Positions 7,936 through 22,900 of a DNA stretch of 64,000 nucleotides are shown here, piece by piece (positions within the stretch are counted from its first letter, which is position 1; each line of letters starts with the position of its first letter). A program made the position numbers and the translations under genes. Under the pieces are notes generated by a model, which saw only the letters and a list, made by a program, of their open reading frames with translations, searched no databases and was not told the origin of the DNA. Location of the stretch: the NCBI GenBank assembly GCA_965277715.1, contig OZ255836.1, forward strand, positions 3,264,001 through 3,328,000, read 5' to 3'. The DNA comes from Gammaproteobacteria bacterium. Lineage in GTDB: Bacteria; Pseudomonadota; Gammaproteobacteria; JBCCGL01.

Positions 7936-10900
7936 ATGAATATTTACGATATTTTAAATGTAGAGTCTGTCGACAGACTCACGTCAGCGGATGTCAATAT
8001 CATGCAATCCCTGCTTGATAATGGACAGAGAGCGGAAGTGTATCTCTATTACAATCAACGCACGGGCGGCCACGCCAACGATGCAATGGTTATGCAGGCG
8101 GGTATCACCACCTATACAGGCGCTATAGGGGGCGCCGCCCTTGAAGGCAATTATCAAGCGAGGATTGAAAATCCAGGAGGTTACAATTTAGGCTTAGATG
8201 ATTTTTCAGCGTTTATTGTTCAAGGTGTCATCGATGCTGTTGAATCTGATATTAATGGTGACTTTGCTCCTGGTTCAGGCACCGGCATACTAACAGGCGA
8301 CCAAATCTTTAGCTCTGACTACGGGCAATGGAGAAGCCTTGAGCTAGGCGATGCCTTCCCCGGCAATATCTACCAAATAGACAATGAATGGGATCCACTA
8401 TTCTTTGATGATAATGAAGAGTGGAGTATTGACGGGTTTATAGAGGATTTGGAACACAATGCGGATTTTGTAGGTGGTGCTGTCAATAACGCCCTTGAAG
8501 CGGGCTTGGGCGCGCTCCATTTAGGCAAGCGATTTGATGAATTTCCTGCGGAGCAATATGACCGTATTGTATACGACGATAACGTGATTTTATTTGTCAA
8601 TAAAGCCACCGGTGGCGTTGATGGTGTATGGGACAGTTCAAATATCGGTAATATATTAATAGCAGGGACAGCGGTTGTAGATAACATTATCTCAGATGAC
8701 TATACCAACGGTGATGCACTTGATGTAGATGGTGCAGCTTTCAGAGAAAGGGAAGATAAATGGGAATTTATGGGCGCCAATGGGCGAGAATACGATCCAA
8801 GTAAAGAATACGATGGCAGTACTGTCTATACACAAAGTGTAGAAAACGTATTGGATTTTTTTAAGGAAAGAGGCATTAATGTAGAAAATGTTGAGGATAT
8901 CTACAAATTATACCGAGCAATAAAGGAAGCTGATATCAACAATGTGCCGCTTAGCGATTATCTATCTCGTTTTGGCTTGGAAGAGACTGTCAGCACCTTT
9001 ACTGATAACGGCGATACGGAAGAAGATAACAATTTTATTGACGGGCCAACGGATCATGCCGATTCGCCGCAAGCCACCACCTACCAACTCCAAGACGGCG
9101 ATACGCTAAGCCAAATAGCGGCAGATAACGGCACCACCGTCGAAGCATTGTTAGCCGCCAATCCGCAGATTACTGATCCAAATGCCATCCGCGCTGGTGA
9201 TACGCTGGTCATTCCGACCCAGGAAAATACCTCACCGACGGAAAATGACCAACACAGCGATACCCCTCACTACAATAACGCGGGTAACCCGCATAGTGAT
9301 GACCAAGCAGCGGCCACGAATGGGCAGGATGTATCGGGAACGGAATCGGCCATTGCCGGAGGTTACAGTAGCGGTGGTGAGGGAGAATTTGCCGGTACAC
9401 CAATAGATGGGCTGGCGGTTTACGACAACGAAGATCAGCTAGACGATAGCCCTTATGTGGCTTCCCCCGATGCCACGCCAGAGGATTTGGCTAACGACGA
9501 TTACGACCCGGACTACGACGCCTACACTGACCAGGGAGATTCCTCCTCTTCGTACAGTAGTCCAGGTAATCCCCATTACGATGCAGGCGATGTGCTTGCT
9601 GAGCATAACCAAGCGCAAGGTATTGGTTCGTCGATTGCGACGGGGATTGATAATCTGATCAATGCGAACAACAACCTGAACGACTTTGAGCGGTTTGCGT
9701 TATCGACAGTACTGCAAACGGGCACCCAAAATATTATTAGCGAATCGTATTCGGATCTGGCGGAAACGATGTCGGTGGAGGAAATCACGGGGTTCGAGGA
9801 TTTTTTTGATGATTTGGGTAGTACCGCGCTGAATGTGGGCGCGGGTATGCTCACCGGTGCGATTACCGCCGATTTGGTTTCAGAGCTGGGTTGGAATGAG
9901 GAGTGGAGTGCGGTAGCGGGATCGGCCCTGAATGTGGGTGTTGGCGCGGTGGTGGATAGTTTTATTGCCGAGGGTGTGGGTGCGATAAGCAGCGTGGGTG
10001 ACACGTTTACCGGTGCGTATAGCGCGTCGGGTATTGGGAATATTGGCACCAACATCGTTGTCAATATTGCCACCAGTGAATTGATGGAATCACTGGGTAT
10101 TGGTCAAACAAAAACGGGTGCGTTGTTTGCGACAATTGGTTCGATCATTGGTCAAATATTTATCCCGATTCCGTTTCTGGGTGCGGCGATAGGCCAGGTG
10201 ATTGGTGGATTGATTGGCGATCTGTTCAGCAGCCCGCCCCCACCGCCACAAGCGGAGATCACCCTGAGTTTCAATGCTGACACGGAGGAATACGAACAAA
10301 CCGGTGGTTGGGGCGAGCACGGGGGTAATCCGGCGTCCCTCACGGGTGGTGGTGAACACCTGTCGGCGATGGTCGAGCAATACCAACTGTTACTGGAGTC
10401 TTACGGTGGCCAACTGGCAAATCGGCATGAACTGCCGGACGTGGTTCTGGGCTTTCGTGGCAATGAACAGTACATCATGGTCAACGGTGAGCAAGTCGGG
10501 ACGATGAGTGAGCACGGCTTCAAATCGGCGACGGGCAGCCTGCTCAACGAAATGGTCATTGAAGGGGGTAACAGCTACCTCAACCACGTGCTGTACAGCG
10601 ATGTGCCACCTGCCGAGTTGGGTGATCTGCTTAGCAGTGCCCAGCAGCGTATCCTGTACGACAACAACCCTGCCAGCAAAGGCGTCATTGATGCGCTATT
10701 GGCGGAACAATCTGAGACCATGCAGCGCTACGATGAACTGAGCGCCCGCCAGGCCCAGCTTGAAAGTGAAATTGCTCACCTTGAGATAGAAATTAACCGG
10801 CTGAGTAATCCACCCCGAGTTAACGTTGACAAAGGTGAATGGGTTGAGGGTGAGATCAGCCCGGCCAGCTATGCGGCGATAGCCAGGTACAGTGCCTCTC

Positions 10901-13900
10901 TTGCAGAGGCCCATGAAGAACTGACAAACGTTGAAGCTGGGTTATTGTCGCTGCTGGATGTTGAGGCCATCGATGCGGCCCAAGCGACCCTAAGAGACCT
11001 GCACGAACAGCTTGAGGCCTATGGCCAAGAGGCTGAAATCAGCACCCTCAGTGCGGATGACCTGCACGCCTTGGCCACGATAGAAGGGCAGATAAACAGT
11101 ACCCAAGTCGTGCTTGAGACGGCAGGCGCCTCGCTGCAACAGGCACAACACTGGCACAGCGTGCTGGCACAAACGGCCCCCTACCAGGACATGCTCAGTA
11201 GTGAGCACGAACTGGATGATGCCACTCGGTTCGACTATGAACTGAGTTACCTTAACGGCATACGCTCGCAAAACGATGAAGCGCAGTTCAGCCTGCACGA
11301 CACCGACCTCTCAGACCTGGTGCTGGTGCGCGATGGCGATGCCCTAACGCTCTATAACCGCCGGGGTTTTGATACCGATACCCCGCTGGACGCGCTGCCC
11401 GCCATGACCTTTGACGACTTTGGTCAATGGACAAATGACCGGATCAACCTCACCTTTACTAACAGTGATGGCGAGGTGGTCGAGACGAGTTTCTTTATCG
11501 GCCAGCTGTTTGATGTGGCCGAACAAGTCAATGATGGCGAGCCGGTGGATACGCTGGACATGGCGGTGATTGTGGCGGGCTTATACAGTGACTACCTCGG
11601 TGCACAGATGACCCCTGATGAGGCATTGGCACTGCGCTTTGGCGGCCTGGGGTCGATTGATACAGCAGGCAGCCGCCAGGGAGGCGCGGGTGATGAACTG
11701 TTGTTTGCCTACAGTGGTGCGGTGTACGCGGGAGGGGGTAATGATGTCGTGGTGGCTAATGAAGCGGCCAATTCTATCGACGGAGGCAGTGGTGAGGATG
11801 TTGTCAGCTACTTACACAGTGAAGAAGGGGTAAGCGTCAACCTCGCCAGCGGTGAAGGCCAGGGCGGCCATGCCGAAGGGGACACTTACGAGAATATCGA
11901 ACACGCCGTTGGCAGCCGCCACAACGACCAACTGACCGGTGATGGCAACAGCAACCGCTTATCGGGAATGGAAGGCGATGACATCTTGGCGGGTGGTGGC
12001 GGCGGTGACACCCTGATCGGCGGCAGTGGCCAGGACACGGCAGACTACAGCGCCAGTGGTGAGGGCGTTAACGTCTGGCTCTCTGGCAGCCAACGGGATA
12101 CGGGGGCAGAAATTGCCGGTCACGGCCAATACAGCGATGCCCAGGGGGACAGCCTGGCGGGCATCGAACATATCCAGGGCAGTGACCATGACGACCTGCT
12201 GGTGGGTAACGCCAACACCAACCTGCTCTGGGGTGGAGAGGGCAGCGATACCCTGCGCGCTGGGGGGGGTGACGATCAACTGGTCGGTGGCCAGGGTGCC
12301 GACCGCCTCTACGGGGGCGGCGATAAAGACAAACTATTTGGCGGTGAAGGCCGTGACTACCTGTCTGGGGGTAGCGGTGACGACAGCCTATTGGGGGGGC
12401 GCGGTGATGACGCCCTGCTCGGCGGTGAAGGCGATGATGTCCTCTACGGCGAAGCCGGTGATGACCTACTGGTGGGCGGCGCGGGCGATGACACAGCGGT
12501 GTTCTCAGGGCGTTACACAGACTACCAATTTGCCGTCACGGATGAAACGCTGAGCATCCTCGGTGCCGATGGCACAGACACGCTACTGGAAATGGAATAC
12601 CTGCACTTTCTGGGTGATGTCGACACCGACCTGGTGCGTGTCGACCACTTGATGGCGATGCTCAAAGACCAACAGCGCGAAGACGAAGAGGAAGTCGACG
12701 ACGGTGCGCCCAATCGCAGTAACGGCAACACCTTCAACCTGGCGGGCGTCAGTGCTGCGAGCCTGATCGCCACCTTTATGGCGGCCCAGGCAGCGGCCCG
12801 CGAAAACCCCGACCTGCAAGGTGAAACCCCAGATACCCTGTTTACCCAGGGGCAAACCCCCAGCGATGAAGACGAACAAACAACAGAAGCGGGCACCGCT
12901 AACCCCGCCCCGCAGTTCAACGAAGTAGAAGCCAGTGGCACACAAGCCAACGGGGCATTGCCGCTACCCACCCAGAGCGGGTTAACGGCAGGGACAGGCG
13001 TCCCCCCCATCGGAGACCCCCTCACCCAGCCGGGTGATACCACCGGCGCGCCAACCAACCCGGCCAATGGCCAGCCGCCAACGGATACGGCAGAAGGCCT
13101 GGCAGGCGAAGGCGGCAACCCCGCACAAACGAATACCACTGAAGCCCCCATTGCCGAAGAGGCCGAGGCGAGTGAAGGCACGCCACCGGAAGACCCCGCC
13201 GAACAACCCGCGACAGACCCGTTGCCACCGATTACCCGCCCCTTCCTGGCGCCGAGCGTCACCCTCGCCAACCGGGTTACCCAGGAAGACCAGTCGATCG
13301 CCCTGCAAATCGATGTCAACGGCAACAACGCCCTGGAACTCATCAGCGTCTTTATCGATGGCCTGCCGCAGAACGCCCACCTCAGTGCAGGCACCCAGCA
13401 AAGCGATGGCCGCTGGCGGCTCAGCCTCAACGAACTGGCGGGCCTCACCCTCACCCCGGCGGCTGATGATGACCGGGATATCCGCCTCAGCGTATCCGTC
13501 ACCACCCAAAACCTCGCCGATGGGCGCATTGCCACCGTCGAACAGCCCTTGATCATCGACGTACAGGCGCGGGCCGATACCCCCGTACTGACCGTGGGCG
13601 ATGCCCAGGGCGATGAAGACACCGCCATTGCCCTATCGATCCAATCCCTGCTGACCGACACCGATGGCAGTGAAACCCAATCTATCGAGATCGCCAATGT
13701 CCCGGCGGGCGCCCGCCTCAACCAGGGCGCACCTATCGGCGGTGGCGTGTGGCAACTCCGCCCGGAACAACTGTCGGGCCTGACCCTGACCCCGCCAGCC
13801 GACAGCGACGAGGCCATCACACTACAGATCACCAGCACCAGCCGTGAGACGGAAAATGGTAATAGTGTACAGCGCACCGCGACCTTAACCGTGACCGTTA

Positions 13901-16900
13901 ATGCCGTGGCCGATACGCCACAGCTACTTGTCCAAGCTGTGCAGGGCGATGAAGACACCGCTATTGGCTTGAATATTCAATCGACACGCGTCGACACCGA
14001 TGGCAGCGAAACCCAGTACATCGAAATTGCCAACCTGCCCACGGGCGCCCACCTCAACCAGGGCATAGACCTGGGTAATGGCACCTGGCGTTTACGCCCA
14101 GAGCAACTGACCGGGCTAAGCCTCACCCCCGCCGCCAATAGCAGCGAGGCGCTTGCCCTGACCGTCACCGCTTACAGCGTCGAGACCGGCAATGGCGCCA
14201 GCACACAAACCAGCGCCACCCTGCACGTGGTGGTAAACGCCGTGGCCGATGCCCCGGTACTCACCGCACAGGCCGCGACGGGGAGCGAAGACACCGCCAT
14301 CGCATTGGCGATTCAATCGGCGCTGACCGATACCGACGGCAGCGAGACCCAGACCCTGGAAATCGCCAATGTGCCCGCCGGGGCCACCCTCAGCCAGGGT
14401 GTCGACCTGGGCAATGGCCGCTGGCGGCTGACCCCTGAACAACTGAGCGGTTTACGCCTCACCCCGGCGGCCAACAGCGACCAGGATTTTGTTCTGAACA
14501 TCACCGCGTTTAGCCGTGATGCCAATGGCAGTGAAGCGCAAAGCACCACCACCCTGGCGGTGAACATTATCGCCGGGGCCGATGCCCCGGTGCTCACCGT
14601 ACAGGCCGCTCAGGGACCGGAAGACACAGCGATTGCACTGAATATACAAGCGGCCCTTAGCGATACGGACAACAGCGAACGCCTCAGCGTCGAGATCGCC
14701 AACGTACCGGCGGGCGCCCGCCTCAACCGGGGCGCAGACTTGGTTGATGGCCGCTGGCAACTGACCGCTGAAGACCTCAGCGGGCTGACCCTGACCCCGG
14801 CCACCAACAGCGGTGAACACATCGCCCTGGCCGTCACCGCGATCAGCACAGAGCGTGTAAATGGCGCCGAGTCACGCATCAGCACAACCCTGAATATCGC
14901 TGTTGATGCGGTAGCGGATGCACCCCAGCTCGCCACCCAGGCGGCGCAGGGTGTTGAAGACAGCGCGATTAACCTGAACATTCAATCGGTACTTAGTGAC
15001 ACAGACAGCAGCGAAACCCAGCACATCGAGATTGGCAATATCCCTACGGGCGCCCGCCTCAACCAGGGCGTATTACAAAGCAATGGCACCTGGCGATTAA
15101 ACCCCGAACAACTCAGTGGCCTAACGATCACCCCGCCCGCCAACAGCGCTGAAAACATCGCCTTAACCGTCACCGCCTACAGCACAGAGAGCGCAAACGG
15201 TGATGTGGCGCAAACCCGCACAACCCTGAATGTCAGCGTGGACGCCGTGTCCGATGCGCCGCAGCTCGCTGTGCAGGCAGCGCGGGGCGCCGAAGACAGC
15301 GCGATTGCCCTGAATATCCAATCGGTGCTTAGTGATACAGACGGCAGCGAAACCCAGCACATCGAGATTGCCAATATCCCTACGGGTGCCAGCCTCAACC
15401 AGGGTGTATTACAAAGCAATGGTGCCTGGCGATTAAACCCCGAACAACTCAGTGGCCTAACGATCACCCCGCCCGCCAACAGCGCTGAAAACATCGCCTT
15501 AACCGTCACCGCCTACAGCACAGAGAACGCAAACGGTGATGTGGCGCAAACCCGCGCAACCTTAAATGTCAGCGTGGATGCCGTGGCCGATGCGCCGCAG
15601 CTCGCCGCCCAGGCAGCGCGGGGCGCCGAAGACAGCGCGATTGCGCTGAATATCCAGTCAGCCCTCACCGATGCCGATGGCAGTGAAACCCTGCATATTG
15701 ATATAGCCAACCTTCCTGTCGGCGCCAACCTGAACAGAGGCACCCAGCAAAGCGATGGCAGTTGGCGCCTGACCCCTGCGGAACTGGCCGGGCTAACGAT
15801 CACCCCGCCTGCCAACAGCGATGAAAACTTTGAACTGACCGTTACCGCCTACAGCACAGAAAGTGAAGGCGGCGATACCGCCCAAACCACGGCCACGCTG
15901 AATGTGGTGGTTGATGCGGTGGCCGATGCGCCCGTGTTGTCCGTCCAGGCAGCGCGGGGTGTTGAAGACACGGCGATTGCCCTGACGATTCAATCGGCCC
16001 TTACCGATACAGACGGCAGTGAAACCCAGTACATCGAGATTGCCAATATCCCTACAGGTGCCAGCCTCAACCAGGGTGTATTACAAAGCAATGGTGCCTG
16101 GCGATTAAACCCCGAACAACTCAGCGGTTTAACCATCACGCCACCCGCCAACAGCGCTGAAGACATCGCGCTAACCGTCACCGCCTACAGCACAGAAAGT
16201 CGAGGCGGTGATGTAGCCCAAACCACGGCCACGCTGAATGTGGTGGTTGATGCGGTGGCCGATGCGCCCGTGTTGTCCGTCCAGGCAGCGCGGGGTGTTG
16301 AAGACACGGCGATTGCCCTGACGATTCAATCGGTGCTTAGTGATACAGACGGCAGCGAAACCCAGTACATCGAGATTGCCAATATCCCTACAGGTGCCAG
16401 CCTCAACCAGGGTGTATTACAAAGCAATGGTGCCTGGCGATTAAACCCCGAACAACTCAGCGGTTTAACCATCACCCCACCCACTAACAGTGCTGAAGAC
16501 ATCGCGCTAACCGTCACCGCCTACAGCACAGAGAACGCAAACGGTGATGTGGCGCAAACCCGCGCAACCTTAAATGTCAGCGTGGATGCCGTGGCCGATA
16601 CGCCGCAGCTCGCTGTGCAGGCAGCACGGGGCGCCGAAGACAGTGCGATTGCGCTGAATATCCAATCGGTGCTTAGTGATACAGACGGTAGCGAAACCCA
16701 GTACATCGAGATTGCCAATATCCCCACGGGTGCCAGCCTCAACCAGGGCGCGTTGCAAAGTAATGGCACCTGGCGATTGACCCCTGAACAACTCAGTGGC
16801 TTAACCATCACCCCACCGGCTAACAGCGCTGAAGACATCGCCTTAACCGTTACCGCCTATAGCACAGAAAATGAAAACGATGATGTGGCGCAAACCCGCA

Positions 16901-19900
16901 CAACCCTGAATATCACGGTGGATGCCGTGGCCGATGCGCCGCTTTTGCAAACCGTCGCCGCGACCGGCCTGGAAGACACCGACATCGCGCTGACGATTCA
17001 GCCCAGCCTGGTGGATACCGACGGCAGCGAAACCCTACGGGTACGCATCAGTGACCTGCCCACTGGGGCCAGCCTCAACCAGGGCACTCGACAAGTGGAT
17101 GGCAGTTGGTTATTAAGTGCCGCCGAACTGTCTGGCTTACACATTACCCCGGCGCCGAATGACCACAGCGACTTCACCCTGACAGTTACCGCCTACAGTA
17201 CAGAATCCGGAGGCGATGAGGCTCAGCGCAGCGTGGCCTTGCCGGTCACCGTGCAGGCCGTCGCGGATGCACCCACCGTCCTGGCCAGCCCGGCGCTGGG
17301 CAGTGAAGATCAGGCGATTGCCCTGTCGATACAACTCAATTTGATCGATGCCAGTGAACAGGTGAGTATCCGCATCAGCGACCTGCCCACAGGCAGTGTT
17401 TTAAACCAGGGCGAGCGACAGAGTGACGGTAGCTACCAGCTCACCGCTGCCGAGCTGTCCGGGCTAAGCATCACCGCCCCGCCCCACAGCGATACAGACT
17501 TTGCGCTGACAGTTACCGCCACCACTCAAGAAGCCAACGGCACCCAGGCCGATACCACCGTCAGCCTGCCGGTTACCGTGACGGCGGTGGCCGATGGGCC
17601 TGACCTGACGGTACAAGCCGCAGAGGGCGATGAGGATGCGACGATTGCCCTGAATATCCAGTCAGCCCTTATCGATACCGATGGCAGTGAAACCCTGCAT
17701 ATTGATATTGGTAATCTTCCCGCAGGCGCCAGCCTGAACCGAGGCACCCAGCAAAGCGATGGCAGTTGGCGCCTGACCCCCGCTGAATTGGCGGGGCTAA
17801 CGATCACCCCGCCCGCCAATAGCGATGAAGACTTTGAACTGACCGTCACCGCCTACAGCACAGAAAGTAGGGGTGGTGATGTAGCCCAAACCACGGCCAC
17901 CCTGAATGTGGTGGTTGATGCCGTCGCCGATGCGCCTACCCTGGTTGTGCAAGCCGCCCAGGGTAATGAAGACACCGCAATTGCCCTGAATATCCAGTCA
18001 GCCCTTATCGATACCGATGGCAGCGAAACCCTGCATATTGATATAGCTAACCTCCCTGCGGGCGCCAGCCTGAACCGAGGCACCCAGCAAAGCGATGGCA
18101 GTTGGCGCCTGACCCCCGCTGAATTGGCCGGGCTAACGATCACCCCGCCTGCCAATAGCGATGAAGACTTTGAACTGACCGTCACCGCCTACAGCACAGA
18201 AAGTCGAGGCGGTGATGTGGCCCAAACCACGGCCACGCTGAATGTGGTGGTTGATGCCGTTGCCGATGCGCCTACCCTGGTTGTGCAAGCCGCCCAGGGT
18301 AATGAAGACACCGCGATTGCCCTGGATATCCAGTCAGCTCTCACCGATACCGATGGCAGTGAAACCCTGCATATTGATATAGCTAACCTCCCTGTCGGCG
18401 CCAGCCTGAACCGAGGCACCCAGCAAAGCGATGGCAGTTGGCGTCTGACCCCCGCTGAATTGGCGGGGCTGGCTATCACCCCACCTGCCAATAGCGGTGA
18501 AGACTTTGAACTGACTGTCACCGCCTACAGCACAGAAAGTCGAGGCGGTGATGTGGCACAAACCACGGCCACACTGAATGTAGTTGTCGATGCGATAGCC
18601 GATACGCCCACCTTGGTTGTGCAGGCCGCCCAGGGCAATGAAGACACCGCGATTGCGCTGAATATCCAGTCAACCCTGACCGATACCGATGGCAGTGAAA
18701 CCCTGCATATTGATATAGCCAACCTCCCTGCGGGCGCGAGCCTAAACAAAGGCACCCAGCAAAGCGATGGCACTTGGCGTCTGATACCCGCTGAATTGGC
18801 CGGGTTGACCATCACCCCGCCTGCCAACAGCGATGAAGACTTTGAACTAACCGTCACCGCTTACAGCACAGAAAGCGAAGGTGGTGATACCACACAAACC
18901 ACGGCCACCCTGAATGTAGTTGTCGATGCGATAGCCGATACGCCCACCTTGGTTGTGCAGGCCGCCCAGGGCAATGAAGACACCGCGATTGCGCTGAATA
19001 TCCAGTCAACCCTGACCGATACCGATGGCAGTGAAACCCTGCATATTGATATAGCCAACCTCCCTGCGGGCGCCAGCCTAAACAAAGGTATCCAGCAAAG
19101 TGATGGCAGTTGGCGCCTGACCCTCGCTGAACTGACTGGGCTGAGTATCACCCCGCCTGCCAACAGCGATGAGAACTTTGAACTAACCGTCACCGCCTAC
19201 AGCACAGAAAGCGGAGGTGGTGATACCACACAAACCACGGCCACACTGAATGTAGTTGTCGATGCGGTAGCCGACGCACCCACCCTGACTGTGCAGGCAT
19301 CACAGGGCAACGAAGACACCGCGATTGCGCTGGATATCCAATCAGCCCTGACTGACACCGATGGCAGTGAAACCCTGCATATCGATATAGCCAACCTCCC
19401 TGCGGGCGCGAGCCTAAACAAAGGCACCCAGCAAAGTGACGGCACTTGGCGTCTGACACCCGTTGAATTGGCCGGGCTAACCATCACCCCGCCTGCCAAC
19501 AGCGATGAAGACTTTGAACTAACCGTCACCGCTTACAGCACAGAAAGCGAAGGCGGTGATACCACACAAACCACGGCCACCCTGAATGTAGTGGTTGATG
19601 CAGTGGCTGATGCACCCACCCTGGCTGTGCAGGCCGCCCAGGGCAATGAAGACACTGCGATTGCGCTGAATATCCAGTCAACCCTGACCGATACCGATGG
19701 CAGTGAAACCCTGCATATTGATATAGCCAACCTCCCTGCGGGCGCGAGCCTAAACAAAGGCACCCAGCAAAGTGACGGCACTTGGCGTCTGATACCCGCT
19801 GAATTGGCCGGGTTGACCATCACCCCGCCTGCCAACAGCGATGAAGACTTTGAACTAACCGTCACCGCTTACAGCACAGAAAGCGAAGGTGGTGATACCA

Positions 19901-22900
19901 CACAAACCACGGCCACCCTGAATGTAGTTGTCGATGCGATAGCCGATACGCCCACCTTGGTTGTGCAGGCCGCCCAGGGCAATGAAGACACCGCGATTGC
20001 GCTGAATATCCAGTCAGCCCTGACCGATACCGATGGCAGTGAAACCCTGCATATCGATATAGCCAATCTCCCTGTCGGCGCTAGCCTGAACCGAGGCATC
20101 CAGCAAAGCGATGGCAGTTGGCGCCTGACCCCCACTGAACTGGCCGGGCTAACGATCACCCCACCAGCCAATAGCGATAAAGACTTTGCGCTGACCGTCA
20201 CCGCCTACAGCACAGAAAGTCGAGGCGGCGATACCATACAAACCACGAGCACACTGAATGTGGTTGTCGATGCCGCCGCTGATGCCCCAGTACTGACGGT
20301 ACAGGCTGCGCGAGGCAATGAAGACACCGACATTGCTCTAAACATCCAATCGACGCTTATCGATATAGATGGTAGCGAAACCCTGCATATTGACATCGGC
20401 AATCTCCCCGTTGGCGCGAGCCTGAATCGGGGTATCGATCGGGGCAATGGCACCTGGCGTCTGACGCCCGCTGAACTGGCCGGGCTAACCATCACCCCAC
20501 CGGCCAACAGCGATAAAGACTTTGAACTGACCGTCACCGCCTACAGCACAGAAAGTCGAGGCGACGATACCGCCCAAACCACGGCCACCCTAAATGTAGT
20601 GGTTGATGCGGTGGCCGATGCACCTACCCTGGCTGTGCAGGCCGCCCAAGGTAATGAAGACAGTACTATTGCCTTGAATATCCAATCGACCCTTATTGAT
20701 ACCGATGGCAGTGAAACCTTGGCCATTGAGATTGCCAATCTCCCGGCGGGGGCCAATCTGAGCCGGGGTATCGATCAAGGCAATGGCACCTGGCGCCTGA
20801 CGCCCGCTGAACTGGCTGGGCTGGCCATCACCCCACCGGTCAACAGCGATAAAGACTTTGAACTGACCGTCACCGCCTACAGCACAGAAAGTCGAGGTGG
20901 TGATGTGGCACAAACCACGACGACCCTGAATGTGGTGGTTGATGCAGTGGCCGATATGCCCACACTGACTGTGCAGGCCGCCCAGGGCAATGAAGACACC
21001 GCCATTGCGCTGAATATCCAGTCGGCCCTTATCGACACCGATGGCAGTGAAACCCTGGCTATAGAGATTGCCAACCTCCCGGCGGGTGCCAGCCTGAACC
21101 GGGGCATCCAACAAAGCGATGGCACCTGGCTTTTAACCCGTGAACAACTCACCGGGCTAACCGTTACCCCACCCGCTAACAGCGACCAGAACTTTAACCT
21201 GGCGATCACCGCCTACAGTCGCGAGGGCACAAACGGCCCGGTAGCGCAACGCAGCGCCACCCTGCCGGTCACTGTCAATGCAGTGGCCGATACCCCCACC
21301 CTGGTTGTGCAGTCCGCCCAGGGCAATGAAGACACCGCCATTGCGCTGAATATCCAGTCGGCCCTTATCGACACCGATGGCAGCGAAACCCTGGCTATAG
21401 AGATTGCCAACCTCCCGGCGGGTGCCAGCCTGAACCGGGGCGTCCAACAAAGCGATGGCAGTTGGCTTTTAACCCGTGAACAACTCACCGGGCTAACCGT
21501 CACCCCCCCCGCTAACAGCGACCAGAACTTTAACCTGGCGATCACCGCCTACAGCCGCGAGGGCACAAACGGCCCGGTAGCGCAACGCAGCGCCACCCTG
21601 CCGGTCACTGTCAATGCGGTGGCCGATGCGCCCACTCTGGTTGTGCAGTCCGCCCAGGGCAATGAAGACACCGCCATTGCGCTGAATATCCAGTCGGCCC
21701 TGACCGATACCGATGGCAGCGAAAGCCTGACAATTGTGGTATCTGGCCTGCCCGCTGGCGCCCGCCTCAACCACGGCACCGATCTCAACAATGGTAGCTG
21801 GCAACTGACCCCCGCACAGTTGAGTGGCTTAACGTTTACCCCACCGACCAACAGCGATCAGGACTTTAACCTGACCGTCACCGCCTACAGCCGCGAGGGC
21901 GCAAACGGCTCAATGGCCCAGCGCAGCGCCACCGTGCCCGTCACCGTGAACGCGGTCGCGGATGCCGTACAAATCAATTTGCAGGTGCCCAATACAGCCC
22001 CTACCGCCGACTTGCAGGTCAGCGTTGCCAATGGATTGGGCGGGCAGCGGATCGATGGCACGTTTAGCCATGACAGCATCACCGGCACGGCGGGCAATGA
22101 TGTAATCGATACGGAACAATTTATCCAGATCCCGATCAGCGCCAGCTTTGTAGGGGCGGATACCGATGGCAGTGAAACCTTAAGCGATCAATTGCTGGTC
22201 AAGCCGCCGGGGTATAACGCCCCGGTGAGCCTTGCCAGCATTGGCGCAGGCCTGGCCTACAACGCACAGGGGCAGGCTTACCTGTTGGTACCCGGAGCAC
22301 GCGCTGGCCAGACACTGGAATTGACCCTGCAAGTCACCGCCACCGAGCTGCGTGGGGGAGATACCCAAGTCACCCAGAATACGCTTGCTGTCGTTGTGCC
22401 CACGCGCACCAGCCAAGGGGATACGGTCGATGCCGGTGCGGGTAATGACACCGTTTATGGCGGCGGCGGGGCTGATATCCTGCGCGGTGGCGCCGGTAAT
22501 GATGCGATTTATGCCGGTGCGGGCAATGATACGCTGTACGGTGACTCGGGAGCGGACACCCTGTCTGGTGGCAGTGGCAATGACACATTCTATGCCGACT
22601 TTTCCGATATTGTCGATGGTGGCAGCGGCAGCGACACCCTCAACTTTATCCAGAGTGGCACGGTGGCGATAGGCAATATCAGTAATATCGAAACCATTCA
22701 ACTGCACAGCGGCAATGACCTGATTACCGTCAGCAACAGCAACACCCGGATCGACGGTGGCGCGGGCAACAATACCCTGACGTTTAGCGGCGCGGGTCAC
22801 ACGTTTAACAGCAGCGCCTTCAGTGGGTTTACCAGCGTGCATATCAACCTCACCGCTGCGGCCGATATCCTCAACCTGGGGGATGCGGGCTTTATCACCG

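Noticed and set aside
5374-12677. Duplicated RTX segment as a diversity-generating retroelement TR/VR pair
   Set aside because: Differences are not adenine-specific (mostly C/T, plus indels in the second copy) and no reverse transcriptase is present
13245-21960. Regular repeats as a possible CRISPR array
   Set aside because: Units are 336-bp in-frame coding repeats without unique spacers; no cas genes in the window
12522-22842. Many 60-480 aa minus-strand ORFs recurring every 336 bp
   Set aside because: Antisense shadows of the repetitive RTX gene; they follow its periodicity and show no independent motifs
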